The notes under the pieces were generated by a model. It was not told where the DNA came from and searched no databases. It was given only the letters and a program-made list of their open reading frames with translations. DNA of 64,000 bases from contig CAWFAK010000007.1 in assembly GCA_963813715.1 (NCBI GenBank), positions 192,001 through 256,000 of the forward strand, written 5' to 3'. This DNA comes from an uncultured Planctomycetaceae bacterium. Lineage in GTDB: Bacteria; Planctomycetota; Planctomycetia; Planctomycetales; Planctomycetaceae. Positions 9,728 to 25,358 of this stretch are shown here, in pieces (position 1 is the first letter of the stretch; every line of letters starts with the position of its first letter). The position numbers and the translations under genes are program-made.

Positions 9728-11038
9728 ATGGCCCCGAATCCACGAGCGAATGTTGCGCGTCGACAGGCGGAGGATAACCCAGCCGGTCCACGAGCCTGGA
9801 TGCACGTTCTCTTAACCAGCTTCCTGACGGTCACGCTCTTTGGGCTGGCCGGCTGCGACAAGCCGCCGACCTGGAGCGAGCTGATCGGCAAGAAAAAGGA
9901 AGAGGCACCGGCCCCGGCACCGGTCGTCAAGCAGGCCGAGCCGACCAAGGCCGCGCCGGCCCCGGCCCCGAAACAGCCGGAAGCCCCCAAGAAGACGGCC
10001 CAGGAAGCCATGGCCCAATTCAACTCCACGCCCGTCTATCGCCGGACGAACGAGCAATTGGCGGAACTCGCCTCCTTCCCCGAGGTTCGCGATCAGATCA
10101 CGAACCTCGACATCCAGTCGAGCGCGGTCAACGACGCCGGGTTTGCGGCACTGCCCAAGTTCGACCACGTCGAGCAACTGAACATCAGCACGCTCAGCTA
10201 CGGCAACGAGGCGCTCGCCAACGTCGCCAAGATGAAAAGCGTCACCTCACTCTGGATGGCCAGGGGCGCGCAGAAGGACAAGAACAGCGACGCGGGGATG
10301 GGCTATATCAAGCAAATGAAGCAGCTCACCGAGCTGCACGTCGACGCCTCGAAGCTGACCGCGGCGGGGATTGCCGAGATCGCGCAGATGACCCAGCTCG
10401 AAAAGCTGTCGGTCGCCGGCGTCACAGGCTTTGCCGACGAGCACTTGGAGAAGCTGACGCCGCTGGTGAACCTCAAATATCTCGATCTCACCGGCACCTA
10501 TGTCACCGATAACGGGATGCAGTATCTATTGCCCTTCACGGAGCTGGAAGTGCTGAAGATGGCCAAGATGCAGGGCCTTCGCGGTCGCGGGCTGAAAGAG
10601 TTGATGACGAAGCACAAGGGACTGCCCCACCTTCTTCAATTGACGGTGTACGACAATCCCTATCTGTCGATCGAGGCGTACGAGGGGATCTCCCGGATGA
10701 AGACCCTGGTCAGCCTCGACGTTGGTGCCGCCAACTGCACCAACGCGGCCTTCACCGGCGCGATACCGCCGCTGAAAAACCTGGAATACCTCTCGGTCCA
10801 CGAAAATGACGCGCTCAGCGACCCGGCGATGGCGGTGCTGCCCAGGATGAAGAAGCTCAAGAACCTCTACTTTCAGAACAACAAGCTCATTAGCGACGCA
10901 TCGCTCCCGATGTTTGCCAAGGTGAAGACGCTCGAGGGCCTCGCGCTCTTGAACACCTTGGTCACGCCGACCGGCGCGGAGAAGCTCAAAAACAAGCTCA
11001 AGAACTGCAAGATCAACTACAACGGTCGGACGCTCTAG
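9728..11038 (+). CDS. Leucine-rich-repeat lipoprotein
   Basis: Lipobox LAGC, Pro/Ala linker, repeated LxxLxxLxL..VTDxG units. Confidence 0.85.
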   Translation: MAPNPRANVARRQAEDNPAGPRAWMHVLLTSFLTVTLFGLAGCDKPPTWSELIGKKKEEAPAPAPVVKQAEPTKAAPAPAPKQPEAPKKTAQEAMAQFNSTPVYRRTNEQLAELASFPEVRDQITNLDIQSSAVNDAGFAALPKFDHVEQLNISTLSYGNEALANVAKMKSVTSLWMARGAQKDKNSDAGMGYIKQMKQLTELHVDASKLTAAGIAEIAQMTQLEKLSVAGVTGFADEHLEKLTPLVNLKYLDLTGTYVTDNGMQYLLPFTELEVLKMAKMQGLRGRGLKELMTKHKGLPHLLQLTVYDNPYLSIEAYEGISRMKTLVSLDVGAANCTNAAFTGAIPPLKNLEYLSVHENDALSDPAMAVLPRMKKLKNLYFQNNKLISDASLPMFAKVKTLEGLALLNTLVTPTGAEKLKNKLKNCKINYNGRTL

Positions 11039-11070
11039 TCGCGGGCGGATTCGATTTGCCGGAGGGGTTC

Positions 11071-11096
11071 GGTTTGCCGGAATCGTCCGGCAAACC
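11071..11096. terminator. Hairpin between convergent LRR gene and gltD
   Basis: GGTTTGCCGGA-atcg-TCCGGCAAACC perfect 11-bp inverted repeat; no strong U-tract. Confidence 0.5.
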
Positions 11097-11160
11097 GGCC
11101 GGCGCGGGCAGCTGAAACGCGGGACTGACCGATTCCGTCCAGACTCCGCCGCAGGCGACC

Positions 11161-12649
11161 TTACGGCAGGTCGGTCGAGCCCATCAGGTAGCGATCGCAT
11201 TCGCGCGCCGCGCCGCGGCCTTCGTTGATTGCCCAGACGATCAGGCTCTGCCCGCGGCGGCAGTCGCCGGCGGCAAACACCTTATCGACGTTCGTGCGGA
11301 ACTTGCCGTAGGGCGCTTTGTAGTTCGTCGTTCGCTCGTCCAGCTCGACGCCGAGTTGTGCCGAGGCGGCGGTCTCCGGCCCCAAGAAGCCCAGGGCCAA
11401 GAGCACCAGGTCGCACTCGAAAATTTCTTCCGAGCCCTCGATCACGCTGAAAGGCGCCTTGCCCGGGGTGGGCTTCGACCAGTCGACCCGCACCGCCTTG
11501 AGCGCTTGCACGTTGCCGGCGCCGTCGGATTGAAACTCGACAGTGGAGATGGCGAACTCGCGCGGGTCGCGGCCGAAACGGGCAGCCGCCTCGGCGTGCC
11601 CATAGTCGACGCGGAAGATGCGAGGCCACTGCGGCCAAGGGTTGTTGGCCGCCCGCGCCTCGGGCGGCATCGGCACGATCTCGAAATTCACTAAGTCGCG
11701 GCAGCCGTGCCGCATCGATGTGCCGATGCAGTCGGTCCCCGTGTCACCGCCGCCGATGACGATCACTCGCTTGTCCTTGGCGCTGAGATACCGCCCGTCG
11801 GCCAGTCCCGAATCGAGGAGGCTCTTGGTGTTGGCGTGCAAAAACTCCATCGCGAAGTGGATTCCCTTCAGCTCCCGCCCGGGAATCGGCAAATCGCGGG
11901 GCCGCGTCGCCCCGGTCGACAGCACAATGGCGTCGAAGCGGGCCAACAGGTCAGCCCCGGTCGGATCGCGGCCGACCTCCTTCCCGGTGAGGAACTCCAC
12001 TCCCTCCTCGGCCAACAGCCGCACGCGCCGCTCGACCACCGTTTTTTCGAGCTTCATGTTGGGGATGCCGTACATCAACAGGCCGCCGATGCGGTCGGAC
12101 CGCTCGAAGACGGTGACCTGATGGCCGGCGCTGATTGAGCTGCGCGGCCGCAGCCAGTCCGGCGGGACCTGAGCCGACCACGGCCACGGTCTTGCCGGTG
12201 CGGGAGCGAGGCGGCTTGGCCGTCACCCACCCCTCTTGAAAGCCGCGGTCGATGATCGCACATTCGATCGACTTGATCGTCACCGCCGGCTCGATGATGC
12301 CGAGCACGCAGGAGCCTTCGCACGGCGCCGGGCACACGCGGCCGGTAAATTCCGGAAAGTTGTTGGTCTTGTGCAGGCGGTCGAGCGCCTCGCGCCAGTG
12401 ATCCCGATAGACCAGGTCGTTCCATTCGGGGATCAGGTTGTTGACGGGGCAGCCGGCGGCCATGTTGGCCATCAAGTCGCCCGAGTGGCAGAACGGCACG
12501 CCGCAGTCCATGCAGCGCGCGCCTTGCTCGCGCAGCTCGCGCGGGCTCAAGTGCTCGTGGAATTCGTTCCAATCGAGCACGCGCAGCGCCGGCTCGCGGT
12601 CCGGCGGAAGCTGTCGCGAAAACTCGGTGAAGCCGGTCGGCTTTCCCAT
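11161..12649 (-). CDS. gltD: Glutamate synthase small subunit (frameshift near 12130)
   Basis: [27 protein letters not shown] in ORF 11951..12649; [31 protein letters not shown] in ORF 11161..12078. Confidence 0.95.
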
Positions 12650-12791
12650 CTCGTAGGGTGCTCTTAGCAGTCTAAGTAATGTCGATCGGAGTCAATGCCG
12701 TCAGCCCACTCTGGGTCCGGCGATGCGGCGGGCGGTTCGAGTCGAAGAACAGGCCGACACTCGGAAATCGAGTACCGCGCCAAATCGCGTT

Positions 12792-15700
12792 CTAGGTGCG
12801 TCCTCCGGGTGACGCCGCGACTGCAGCCGCACGCTCGGAGTCGTCGGCCGCGCCCAGTTCGTCGGTCGCAATTGAGCGGTCGGCCAGTTCCTGCAGGGCC
12901 CGTTTGTAATCGGTCGGAATGACTTTCTTGAACTTGGTCAGGCTGTTCTCCCAGTCGGACAGGAGCCGGCCGGCGAGGGTCGAGCCTGTGTATTCACGGT
13001 GGTTGTCGATCAGGCGCTGCAGTTCTTCGACGTCGCGCGGTTCCGTGATCGGCTCGAGTTCGACCATCTCCATGTTGCAATTCGCCAACAGCTCGTCACC
13101 GGGATCGTAAACGTAGGCGACGCCGCCGGACATGCCGGCTGCGAAGTTGCGTCCGGTCGTTCCGAGGATCACGGCCACGCCGCCCGTCATGTACTCACAG
13201 CCGTGGTCGCCGACCCCTTCCACGACGGCGATCGCTCCCGAATTCCGCACACAGAAGCGTTCGGCCGCCTGGCCACGGAAATAAGCCTCGCCATGAATGG
13301 CGCCGTAAAGCGCGACGTTGCCGATGATGATGTTCTCTTCGGGGCAGAACGTGGCGGTCTTCGGCGGATAAACGATGATCCGCCCTCCAGAGAGCCCCTT
13401 GCCGACGTAGTCGTTGGCATCCCCCTCGAGCTCGATGGTCACGCCGTGGACCAGCCACGCGCCCAGGCTCTGCCCGGCCGAACCCGTGGCCTTGATGTGG
13501 ACCGTGCCGTCGGGCAAGCCGTCGGGTCCCCAGTTTTTCGAGATGCGATGGCTCAGCATGGTGCCGAACGCGCGGTCGATGTTTTCGATCGGCATTTCGA
13601 TGCGGTTGGGAATCCCCTCGTTGATGGAAGCCCAAAACCTTTCGATCAGCTCGTTGTCGAGCACTTCGTCGAGGCAGTGATTCTGGGACTTCGTGCAATA
13701 AACCTGAATGCCCGGCCGCGGTTTGATCGCCGGCGTAAGCACCGGCGTCAGGTCGAGCCCGCGGGCCTTCCAGTGGTCGATGGCGTCGTTCATTTCCAGG
13801 CGATCGCAACGGCCGACCATTTCATTGATGGTGCGGAAACCGAGCTGGGCCATCAGTTGGCGGCACTCCTCCGCGACCATGAAGAAGAAGTTGATCACGT
13901 GCTCGGGCAGCCCCGTGAATTTCTTCCGCAGCTCGGGATCTTGCGTGGCCACGCCGACCGGGCAGGTGTTGAGGTGGCACTTCCGCATCATGATGCAGCC
14001 GAGCGCGATCAGCGGCGCCGTCGAGAAGCCGAATTCCTCGGCCCCCAGCATGCAGGCGATGACCACGTCGCGCCCCGTCTTTAACTGGCCGTCCGTCTGC
14101 AGCCGCACCCGGCTCCGCAGGTCGTTGAGCACGAGCGTTTGATGCGTCTCCGCGATGCCCAGCTCCCACGGCAAGCCCGCGTGCTTGATGCTGGTGAGCG
14201 GTGAAGCGCCGGTCCCGCCGCTGTCGCCGGAGATCAAAATGTTATCGGCATGCCCCTTGGCCACGCCGGCAGCAATAGTCCCCACGCCCACTTCCGACAC
14301 CAGCTTTACGCTGATCCGCGCCGAAGGATTCGCGTTCTTCAGGTCGAAAATGAGCTGGGCCAGGTCTTCGATCGAGTAGATGTCGTGGTGCGGTGGCGGG
14401 CTGATCAGGCCGACGCCGGGTGTCGAGTGCCGCACGGCCGCGATCACGCGGTCGACCTTCTTGCCGGGCAGTTCGCCCCCTTCACCGGGCTTGGCCCCCT
14501 GGGCGATCTTGATTTGCAGCTCGTCGGCGTTCGTGAGGTACCAGCTCGTGACGCCGAAGCGGCCCGACGCCACCTGCTTGATGGCCGAACGCTTGGAATC
14601 GCCATTCGACATCGGCTTGAAGCGAGCGTAATCTTCGCCTCCTTCGCCCGTGTTGCTCTTGCCGCCCAGGCGGTTCATGGCGACGGCCAGCGTTTCGTGG
14701 ACTTCCGCGGAGATCGAGCCAAAGCTCATCGCGCCCGTGCAGAACCGGCGGACGATAAAGGGAGCCTCCTCGACTTCCTCCAGCGGCACGGGCGTCGACG
14801 GCTTGAACCGCAGCAAGCCGCGGAGATGGCATTCGCGCGTCGTCGTCTCGTTGATCAGCCGGGAGTAGCGCTCGTAGGCCGACTGGTCGCCCCCGCGGGC
14901 CGCCTGCTGCAGTTCGGCGATCGTGTGCGGATTCCAGGCGTGCTTCTCGCCGTTTTTTCGCCACTGATAGAGGCCGGGATTAGGCAGCACATTGAGGCGG
15001 ACCTGGTCGCGCGTCGGATAGCCGATTTCGTGCCGGCGGATCGATTCTTCGGCGAGCACGGCGAGGTTGACGCCGCGAATGCGGCTGGCCGTACCCGAGA
15101 AGCAGCGCTCGATCACGTCCTCATCGATGCCGACCGCCTCGAAGATTTGGGCCCCCTTGTAACTTTGCAAGGTGGAGATGCCCATCTTGCCCATCACCTT
15201 GAGCAGTCCCTTGGCTACGCCCTTCCGGTAGGCGGAGACGATCGCCTCGTCTGTGTATTCGGGCTCGAGCATGCCGTCTTCGCGGGCCTGGTAGAGGGAC
15301 TCGAAGGCCAGGTACGGATTGATGGCATCGGCCCCGTATCCCACCAGCAGGCAATGATGGTGCACGTCCCGGGCTTCGCCCGTTTCCAGCACCAGTCCGA
15401 TCTGCGTGCGCTCTTCGTCGCGGATGAGTTGATGGTGGACGGCCCCGCACGCCAATAACGTGCTGATGGGGACGCGGTCTTTGGCGCAATTGCGATCCGA
15501 CAGCACGATCAGGCTGTAGCCCTGGTCGATCGCCAGCGACGCTTCGTGACAGATGCGGTCGAGTGCCGGCTCCAACCCGGCCGCCCCTTCGCTCCGCGGA
15601 TAGGTAATGTCGATCGTCTTGGTTTTCCAGCCGCGGTGGTCGAGTTGGCGCAGCGCGCCATCTCTTCGTTGGCGAGAATTGGGTGCGGCACGACCAGTCG

Positions 15701-17507
15701 ATGGCATTGTTGCTCGGTCGTCTCGAGCAGGTTTCCTTCCGGCCCAATGTAGCACTCCAACGACATGATGATGTCTTCGCGGATCGAATCGATCGGCGGG
15801 TTGGTGACCTGCGCGAAGAGCTGCTTGAAGTAGTCGTAGAGCATCCGCGGCTGATCGCTCAAACACTCGAGGGCCGCGTCGTTGCCCATCGAGCCGATCG
15901 GATCTTTTTTCTCATGCAACAGCGGGATGAGCATGAAGCCCATCGTCTCGGTCGTGTAGCCGAAGGCCTGCATCCGCGCGAGCAGATCAGGCGGAGGATA
16001 ATGCGGAGGCACCGGCGCCCGCGGCAGATCGGCGAAGACGAGCCGCTGACGGCGGAGCCATTCGCCATAGGGACGGCGGGTGGCGACTTCGAGCTTGAGC
16101 TCTTCGTCGTCGATGATCCGCCCCTTTTCGAAGTCGACGAGGAACATACGTCCGGGCTGCAGGCGGCCCTTCAGCTTGACGTCGCTGGGATTGATATCGA
16201 GCACGCCGACTTCGCTCGCCATCACCACCTTGTCGTCCTTGGTGACGTAGTAACGGCTGGGGCGGAGACCGTTGCGGTCGAGCACGGCGCCGATGTAGTG
16301 CCCGTCGGTAAACGAGATCGATGCCGGCCCGTCCCATGGCTCCTGCAGGGCCGAGTGGTATTCGTAAAAGGCGCGTTTCTCCTCGGGCATGCTCGGGTGA
16401 TTCTGCCAGGCCTCCGGGATCATCATCATCACGGCTTCGGGCAGGCTGCGGCCGGCGTGCAACAGCAACTCGAGCGCGTTGTCGAAATTGCCCGAGTCCG
16501 AGCAATGCGGCTCGCTGATGGGAAAGACCTTCTCCAGGTCGGCTCCGAACAATGGGCTGCTCATCATCCCCTGGCGGGCCAGCATCCAATTCCGGTTGCC
16601 GCGAAGCGTGTTGATCTCGCCGTTGTGGGCCATGTAGCGGTTGGGATGCGCGGTCCCAACTGGGAAACGTATTGGTTGAGAACCGCGAGTGAACCATCGC
16701 CAGGTGGCTGCGGTAGTCGGCATCCTGCAGATCCGGGTAGTACGGGACGAGCTGCCGGGCCGTGAGCATGCCCTTGTAGACGATGACTCGCGAAGAGAGG
16801 CTGCAGATGTAGAACATCAGCGCCTGCTCGAGATCGCTCGTCCGCAGGATACGGCTGGTCCGCTTGCGAATCACGAAGAGCTGGCGGTCAAACGCGTCTC
16901 GATCGAACCCGTCGGCCGCGCCAATAAAAAGCTGTTCGATCACCGGCTCGGCTGCCCGCGCCGAGGGGCCGATGTCGGCTCCGTCCGCCCGCGTCGGCAG
17001 CGGTCGCCAACCCAGCAGCCTTTGTCCCTGCTCGGCGATCAGGCGATTGACCGTCTCCTTGCAGGCCCGACGTTCGCGAGCGTTGGTCGGCAGGAAGACG
17101 TTGCCCACGCCGTAAAGGCCCGGCTTGGGCAGCGTCACACCCAAGTCGACATCAGCGACTTTCTGCAGGAATTCGTAGGGCAAGCCGGTCAGCATGCCGG
17201 CCCCGTCGCCCGTATTGGCTTCGCAGCCGGTCGCACCGCGATGGATCAGGTGACGCAGGATGCGATCCGCGTCGTCGATGATTTCGCGACAGCGGACCCC
17301 CTTGATGTTCGCGACGAAGCCGACGCCGCAGCAATCGTGCTCGTATTCGGGATCGTAAAGACCGCTCTTGGCCGGCGGGCCGTAGAGCGCCCCGGGCGGA
17401 GCCTCGCCCCCGGTGCCAGGATACGATGCAACAACGGGTCCTTCCGTGGGGCGTGCCGTCAAATTGTTTGCGGTGGACTCAGCCGAGCGCTCGGCGTGGG
17501 ACTTCAT
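12792..17507 (-). CDS. gltB: Glutamate synthase large subunit (frameshifts near 16655 and 15655)
   Basis: [12 protein letters not shown]-terminal Cys, [45 protein letters not shown] and C-terminal GXGXG repeats across three ORFs. Confidence 0.95.
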
Positions 17508-18418
17508 GCTCTCTCACTTCCGCGACTGACGATCAGCTCCGGGCTCTCCCGCAGAAGTTCCACCAGCTTGCGCGCCGGGTTCGTCAAGGTCCGGTTGCGC
17601 CGATGGATGATTCCCAGGGGACGGTGCCACGGAGTTCCTTCGATGGAGACGGCACACAGCGAACCGGTCTCCGCTTCACGTCGGACGGTCGGGGCGGGCA
17701 ACAAAGCGACACCCGAACCGATCTCGACGGCCCGTTTGATGTTCTCCACGTTGTCGAACAGATGCACAAAATCGACGGCGATATTGGCCTGTTTGAACCA
17801 GCGGTCGATCTGTTTGCGAATCGTCAGCTCGGAGGTGAAGCCCACGAACGATTCGCCGTCCAACTGCGCCGGCGCGATCGGCGGCCGGCCGGCAAGGCGG
17901 TGCCCGCGCGGGACGACCAACACGATCTCCTGGTTTTGCCAGGGAATGGAGGCGATTTCGTTGCCGGCCCGGGGAAACGACACGATGCCCAAATCGGCTT
18001 CGTCGTTGAGCACGCGCGAATAGACTTCGTCGGGATGCAGATATTCGAGTTGCAGCACGACGTCCGGAAACTGGGTTTTGTAGCGCTTGGCGTACGTATC
18101 CATCTGCAACAGCCCGACCGAGTAGATCGCCGCCATCCGGACGCGCCCGATCACCTTGTTGCGCATCTGCTGCACGCGGTCTTCGACGTGCCGGATCGAC
18201 TCCAGGATCTTGCGGCAGCCGTCGTAGTAAATCTGGCCGGCGGCCGTGAGCTCGAAGGGCCGCTTCGAACGGTCGATCAGCTTGCAGCCGAGCCGCTTCT
18301 CGAGGATGAGCACGGCCTGGCTGGCGGAAGATTGAGACACCTCATTCTCGATCGCGGCCTTCGAAAAACTGCCGTGTGCGACCACGTCGCAGAAAATTTC
18401 CACGTTACGTAAGTGCAT
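17504..18418 (-). CDS. LysR-family transcriptional regulator
   Basis: N-terminal HTH (SFSKAA..VSQSSASQ..LEKRLG..LIDR) plus substrate-binding domain. Its stop overlaps the gltB ATG by 4 nt. Confidence 0.95.
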   Translation of the reverse strand: MHLRNVEIFCDVVAHGSFSKAAIENEVSQSSASQAVLILEKRLGCKLIDRSKRPFELTAAGQIYYDGCRKILESIRHVEDRVQQMRNKVIGRVRMAAIYSVGLLQMDTYAKRYKTQFPDVVLQLEYLHPDEVYSRVLNDEADLGIVSFPRAGNEIASIPWQNQEIVLVVPRGHRLAGRPPIAPAQLDGESFVGFTSELTIRKQIDRWFKQANIAVDFVHLFDNVENIKRAVEIGSGVALLPAPTVRREAETGSLCAVSIEGTPWHRPLGIIHRRNRTLTNPARKLVELLRESPELIVSRGSERA

Positions 18419-18430
18419 ACCGGGCCTGGA

Positions 18431-18449
18431 GTATTAGTAAAAATAATAC
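18431..18449. promoter_or_regulatory. Putative LysR box
   Basis: Perfect palindrome GTATTA-N7-TAATAC containing T-N11-A, 13 bp upstream of the lysR ATG. Confidence 0.6.
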
Positions 18450-18727
18450 CGTTAAGGATTGTTATCAAAAAATGCGAATTTGCAGTCTACGGTGCACGTT
18501 TAGACCCGTCAAGAAGCAAGTGAGCCTAAAACGGCCCGGCGCAGTAGATTCCGCCTCCCCCGCGGCTGCCAAATTTCTCGCTGCCCCGCGGCCGCCGTGG
18601 ACCTCTTTTCAGTGGTGCCGCCGGCACTCAGAGGAAAACAAACAGCCGCCCCGATAAGATGGGCGTCGCCGTCATTGCCGCGCGCTGATTCCAGCCGCTG
18701 CGGCCAAATCCGACCTTTGGGAGTTCT

Positions 18728-20025
18728 GTGAAGATGTCCAGCCACCAGCGCTATCTTTGTCTGTGTTCGCTCCTGATCGTTGGTTTAGCTGGTTGCCAAT
18801 CGGACACACCCGCGCCCCCAGCCGCAGCAACCTACCCTGCGGAGGTGCCCGCCGTTCCCGTGCTCAATCCCGACGTTCCGCAAACCCCTGAGCTGGCCGT
18901 AAAAGCGGTGCTCGACGGTTTGAACGCGTCGAAGCCCGTCGCGCTGTGGGACGCGATCCCGGCGACCGCACAACAATCGATCGACAAACAACTCGGCGAC
19001 GCGTTCGCCACGGTCGACCCCGAAGTCTGGCAGCGCACCGTTGCCAACCTGAAGAAACTGGTCACCCTGCTCGAAACGAGAAAGAGCGACTTCCTGGCGT
19101 GCGCCCTCTTTAGAACCGGACAGATCCCCAAGGTCATCGATCTGAAGGCGGCCTGGGATCCCGGCGTAAAACTGCTGAAGGCGCTGGTCAACAGCGACGC
19201 TGTCGACCAACAGAAGATGAGCAAGTTCAGCGGCCGCGCGTTTTTTGGCGGAGTCGGCGCCACCGTACTCGCGGAGGCCCGGGCGGTCAGCAAGACGATG
19301 AAGCCCGATCGGCTCGCCTTCCTGGACGGCATTAAAGCCACGGTCAAGAAAACCTCGGACAGCGCCGCCCAAGTCACGCTGAATTTCGCCGATCCAAAAG
19401 CCAAGCCCATAGAACTTCGGCTGGCGATCATCGAAGGCAAATGGACTAGTCAACAGATGGCCTTCATCCTCTCGATCGGCAGCGGAGTGGCCGCGGCGTA
19501 CTTTGAGCCGTTTCGCCCCTACCGATTGGTGGAATGGAAGAGCGGCTATTTGAAAGACATGGACCGCCTGAGCCAAATCATCGACAAACTGCAGGCGGCA
19601 AAGAGTGGGGACGAGTTCCAGAATCTGATGTTCAATCAAGTTTTGATGTTCGCGATGCAGAAGGGCGGACAGCTCCGCGCCCTCGTCCGCAACCGACGCC
19701 GACGCAAACCCTGTCGTGGGACCGAAAGGCCAATACCGCCATGATCGTGGTGAAAGACCTTCACTCCTTCGAAGAGCCCACGTATGAAGCGTTGACCAAG
19801 GCCCTCCGTGCGGTCGACGTGGAAACTTTCCGCGGTCCGAAAGAAGTCGAAGGGGCGACGCTCTTCTTCGTCGGCCCCACCGATAATGCGCTCGACAAGG
19901 TGGTGAAGGCGATTCAGGTGGGCAAGATCACCAACACCGACAAGCTGCGAGACACCGTGAAGGTCGAGCTGCCAACTTCTCTCAAAGAGCCGCCGTCGAC
20001 TGCGGAAGCCCCGAAGGCGAAGTAG
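18728..20025 (+). CDS. Hypothetical lipoprotein (frameshift near 19680)
   Basis: Lipobox LAGC. ORF 18728..19744 continues plausibly in ORF 19534..20025. Confidence 0.7.
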
Positions 20026-20062
20026 TGGACAAGGCGGCGCGGCCCGCGTCAGACAAGCTCGC

Positions 20063-22185
20063 TCAGGCCAGCCCGTTGTGCCGCAAGAGTGCCTGCGGGT
20101 TGGGTTCGCGGCCGCGGAAGTCTTTGAAGACCTCCATCGGATGGCGGCTGCCGCCTTGCGCCAGCACCGTGTCGCGGAAACGCCTGCCGATCCGGGCGAT
20201 CGCCGGCTCATTGTCGAGCCCGGCCTCCTCGAAGGCGCTGAAGGCGTCGGCACTGAGCACCTCGGCCCACTTGTAGCTGTAGTAGCCCGCCGCGTATCCG
20301 CCCGCGAAAATGTGGGTGAAGGCACACAGCGAGCGATCCTCCGGCAGTAAAGGCATCACCGACGTCTGCTCGCCGATCCGCCGCTGCAACTCGAAGACCG
20401 ACTCGCCCGACGCAGGCGAATATCCATGGTGCAGTGCCATGTCGGTCATGCCGAAGAGCAGCTGCCGCAGCATCGCCAGGCCGGCCTGAAAGGTTCGGGC
20501 CGCGCAGATCTTCTCGAACAGATCTTCCGGCAGCGGCTGCGCCCGTTTCGTAGTGGTGCTTAAGCCCAGCAGCGTAGGCCGATGGTAGCACCAGTTCTCC
20601 ATGAACTGGCTCGGCAGCTCGACCGCATCCCACTCGACGCCGTTAATGCCGGCCGCATCCGCGTAGTCCACGGTCGTCAGCATGTGCTGCAGCCCGTGTC
20701 CGAACTCGTGGAACAGCGTCTCCACTTCGCGGAAGGTCATCAGCGACGGTTTGCCGCCGGCCGGAGGCGTCGAATTGCAGATCAGGTGGGCGACCGGCAG
20801 CTGCAGCTTTCCGCGGAGGAAACGGCGGCCGAGACAATCGTCCATCCAGGCGCCGCCCCGCTTGTTCTCCGGCCGACTATAAGGGTCGAGGTAGAACGCA
20901 GCGATCTGCTTGCCGCTTTCATTCGAGATGCGGAAAAAGCGGACGTCCTTGTGCCAGACAGGCGCCTCGCCGTCGGCCGGCGACACGTGGATGCCGAACA
21001 ATCCGCTCCGCCAGGCCGAAGAGCCCTTTCAGCACCGACTCGAGCGGAAAATAAGGACGCAACTCTTCGTCGGTGAATTGGAACTTTTTCTCGCGCAGAC
21101 GTTCGGACCAGAAGGCGACGTCCCAATTCATCACGGGCTGGCCCCCCTGCCCCAGCTCGGTCCCTGCCTCGGCCGCCAGCGCGCGGACAGCGTCCAGCTC
21201 GCGATGCGCGGCGGCCCAGGACGCCTCGCGAAGCGTCTGAAACATGGCCGACACCATCTCGACACTGGGCGCCATCTTTTTGGCCAGGCTCAGCTCGGCG
21301 AAGGTGGAAAAGCCCAAGAGCTGCGCCTCTTCGGCACGCAGGGACGAGGATCTTTGCGACCAGCGGAGTGTTATCCCACTCGCCCGACGAGGCTCGCGTG
21401 ATGTAGGCCCGATACATCTTCTCGCGCAAGTCGCGGCGGCGGCTGTGCTGCATGAAGGGGCCGAAGCTCGGGAATTCGAGCGTGAACCGCCATGGGCCGG
21501 CTTCCTCGGTCCCGGACGTCTGCCCGTCTTCGAGCATCGCGTTATGCGAGTGCGAAGCCAGCCGCAGCAGGCTCGGCGGCAATCCTTCGACGTCGGCCCG
21601 ATCGGTGAGCGTGATCGAAAAAGCCTTCGTCGCGTCGAGCACGTGATTGGAAAAGTCGGTCGTCAGTTGGGACATTTCCTGCGCGATGGCGTTGAACCGC
21701 TCCCGCTTTTCTCCACTGAGACCGATGCCGGCCAGCTCGGCGTCGAGAATCTTGTGCTCGACGATCCGCCGCTGTGGACCAGTCAGCGTCGCCCAGGACG
21801 GGCCTTCCTTGAGTCCTTTGAGGGCGCGATAAACCGGCTCGCTCTGACCGACGCGGAGGCTGAACGTCACAACCTCTGGCAGCACCTCCTCGTGCGCTCT
21901 GCGCAATTCGGGCGAATTGAGCACACCCAACAGATGCGACACCGGGCTCCATGAGTATTGGAACGGCGTATTCAGCTCTTCGAGCGATTCGACGGAGCTG
22001 GCCCAAGTCGGCTCGACGGTTTTTTCGATTTGCTCGAAGCGCGCCGAGGCGTCGGCCAGCACCTTTTGCACGGCCGGAACCACGTGCTCGGGCTGGATGC
22101 GATCGAACCGCGGCAGACCGTCGGTTACGAGCAGTGGGTTGTCGGCGAGTTCGGCTGTGGACACGAGCAACTCCGATCGTGACAT
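20063..22185 (-). CDS. prlC: Oligopeptidase A (peptidase M3A), several frameshifts
   Basis: [27 protein letters not shown] zinc motif, [25 protein letters not shown]. Confidence 0.93.
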
Positions 22186-22288
22186 TTCCGGGCGAGCGTC
22201 GGGTGTCAGCCCGGCGGGTTGTCGGATTCTATCCGCGCAGGGAATTCTATGCGCGTGCGAACCGCAGCGACAAATTTGCCACCAGAAA

Positions 22289-25217
<2,929 letters not shown>

Positions 25218-25246
25218 TTTTTCTCTCGCCACTCTCTCCCATTGGC

Positions 25247-25335
25247 CGGGTGGCACTGGCGGCTTGTCCGCCAGTGTCTTAACTGGGTCGCGCCGTGAAT
25301 GATTCGCACTGGCGGACGAGCCGCCAGTGGCACCC
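25247..25335. repeat. Inverted doublet of a palindromic REP-like unit (CACTGGCGGACAAGCCGCCAGTG-CACCC)
   Basis: Copies at 25247-25276 (reverse) and 25307-25335 (forward). A third copy lies at 43257-43286. Confidence 0.85.
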
Positions 25336-25358
25336 ACCAATTTGGAACAGTCGGTCTA

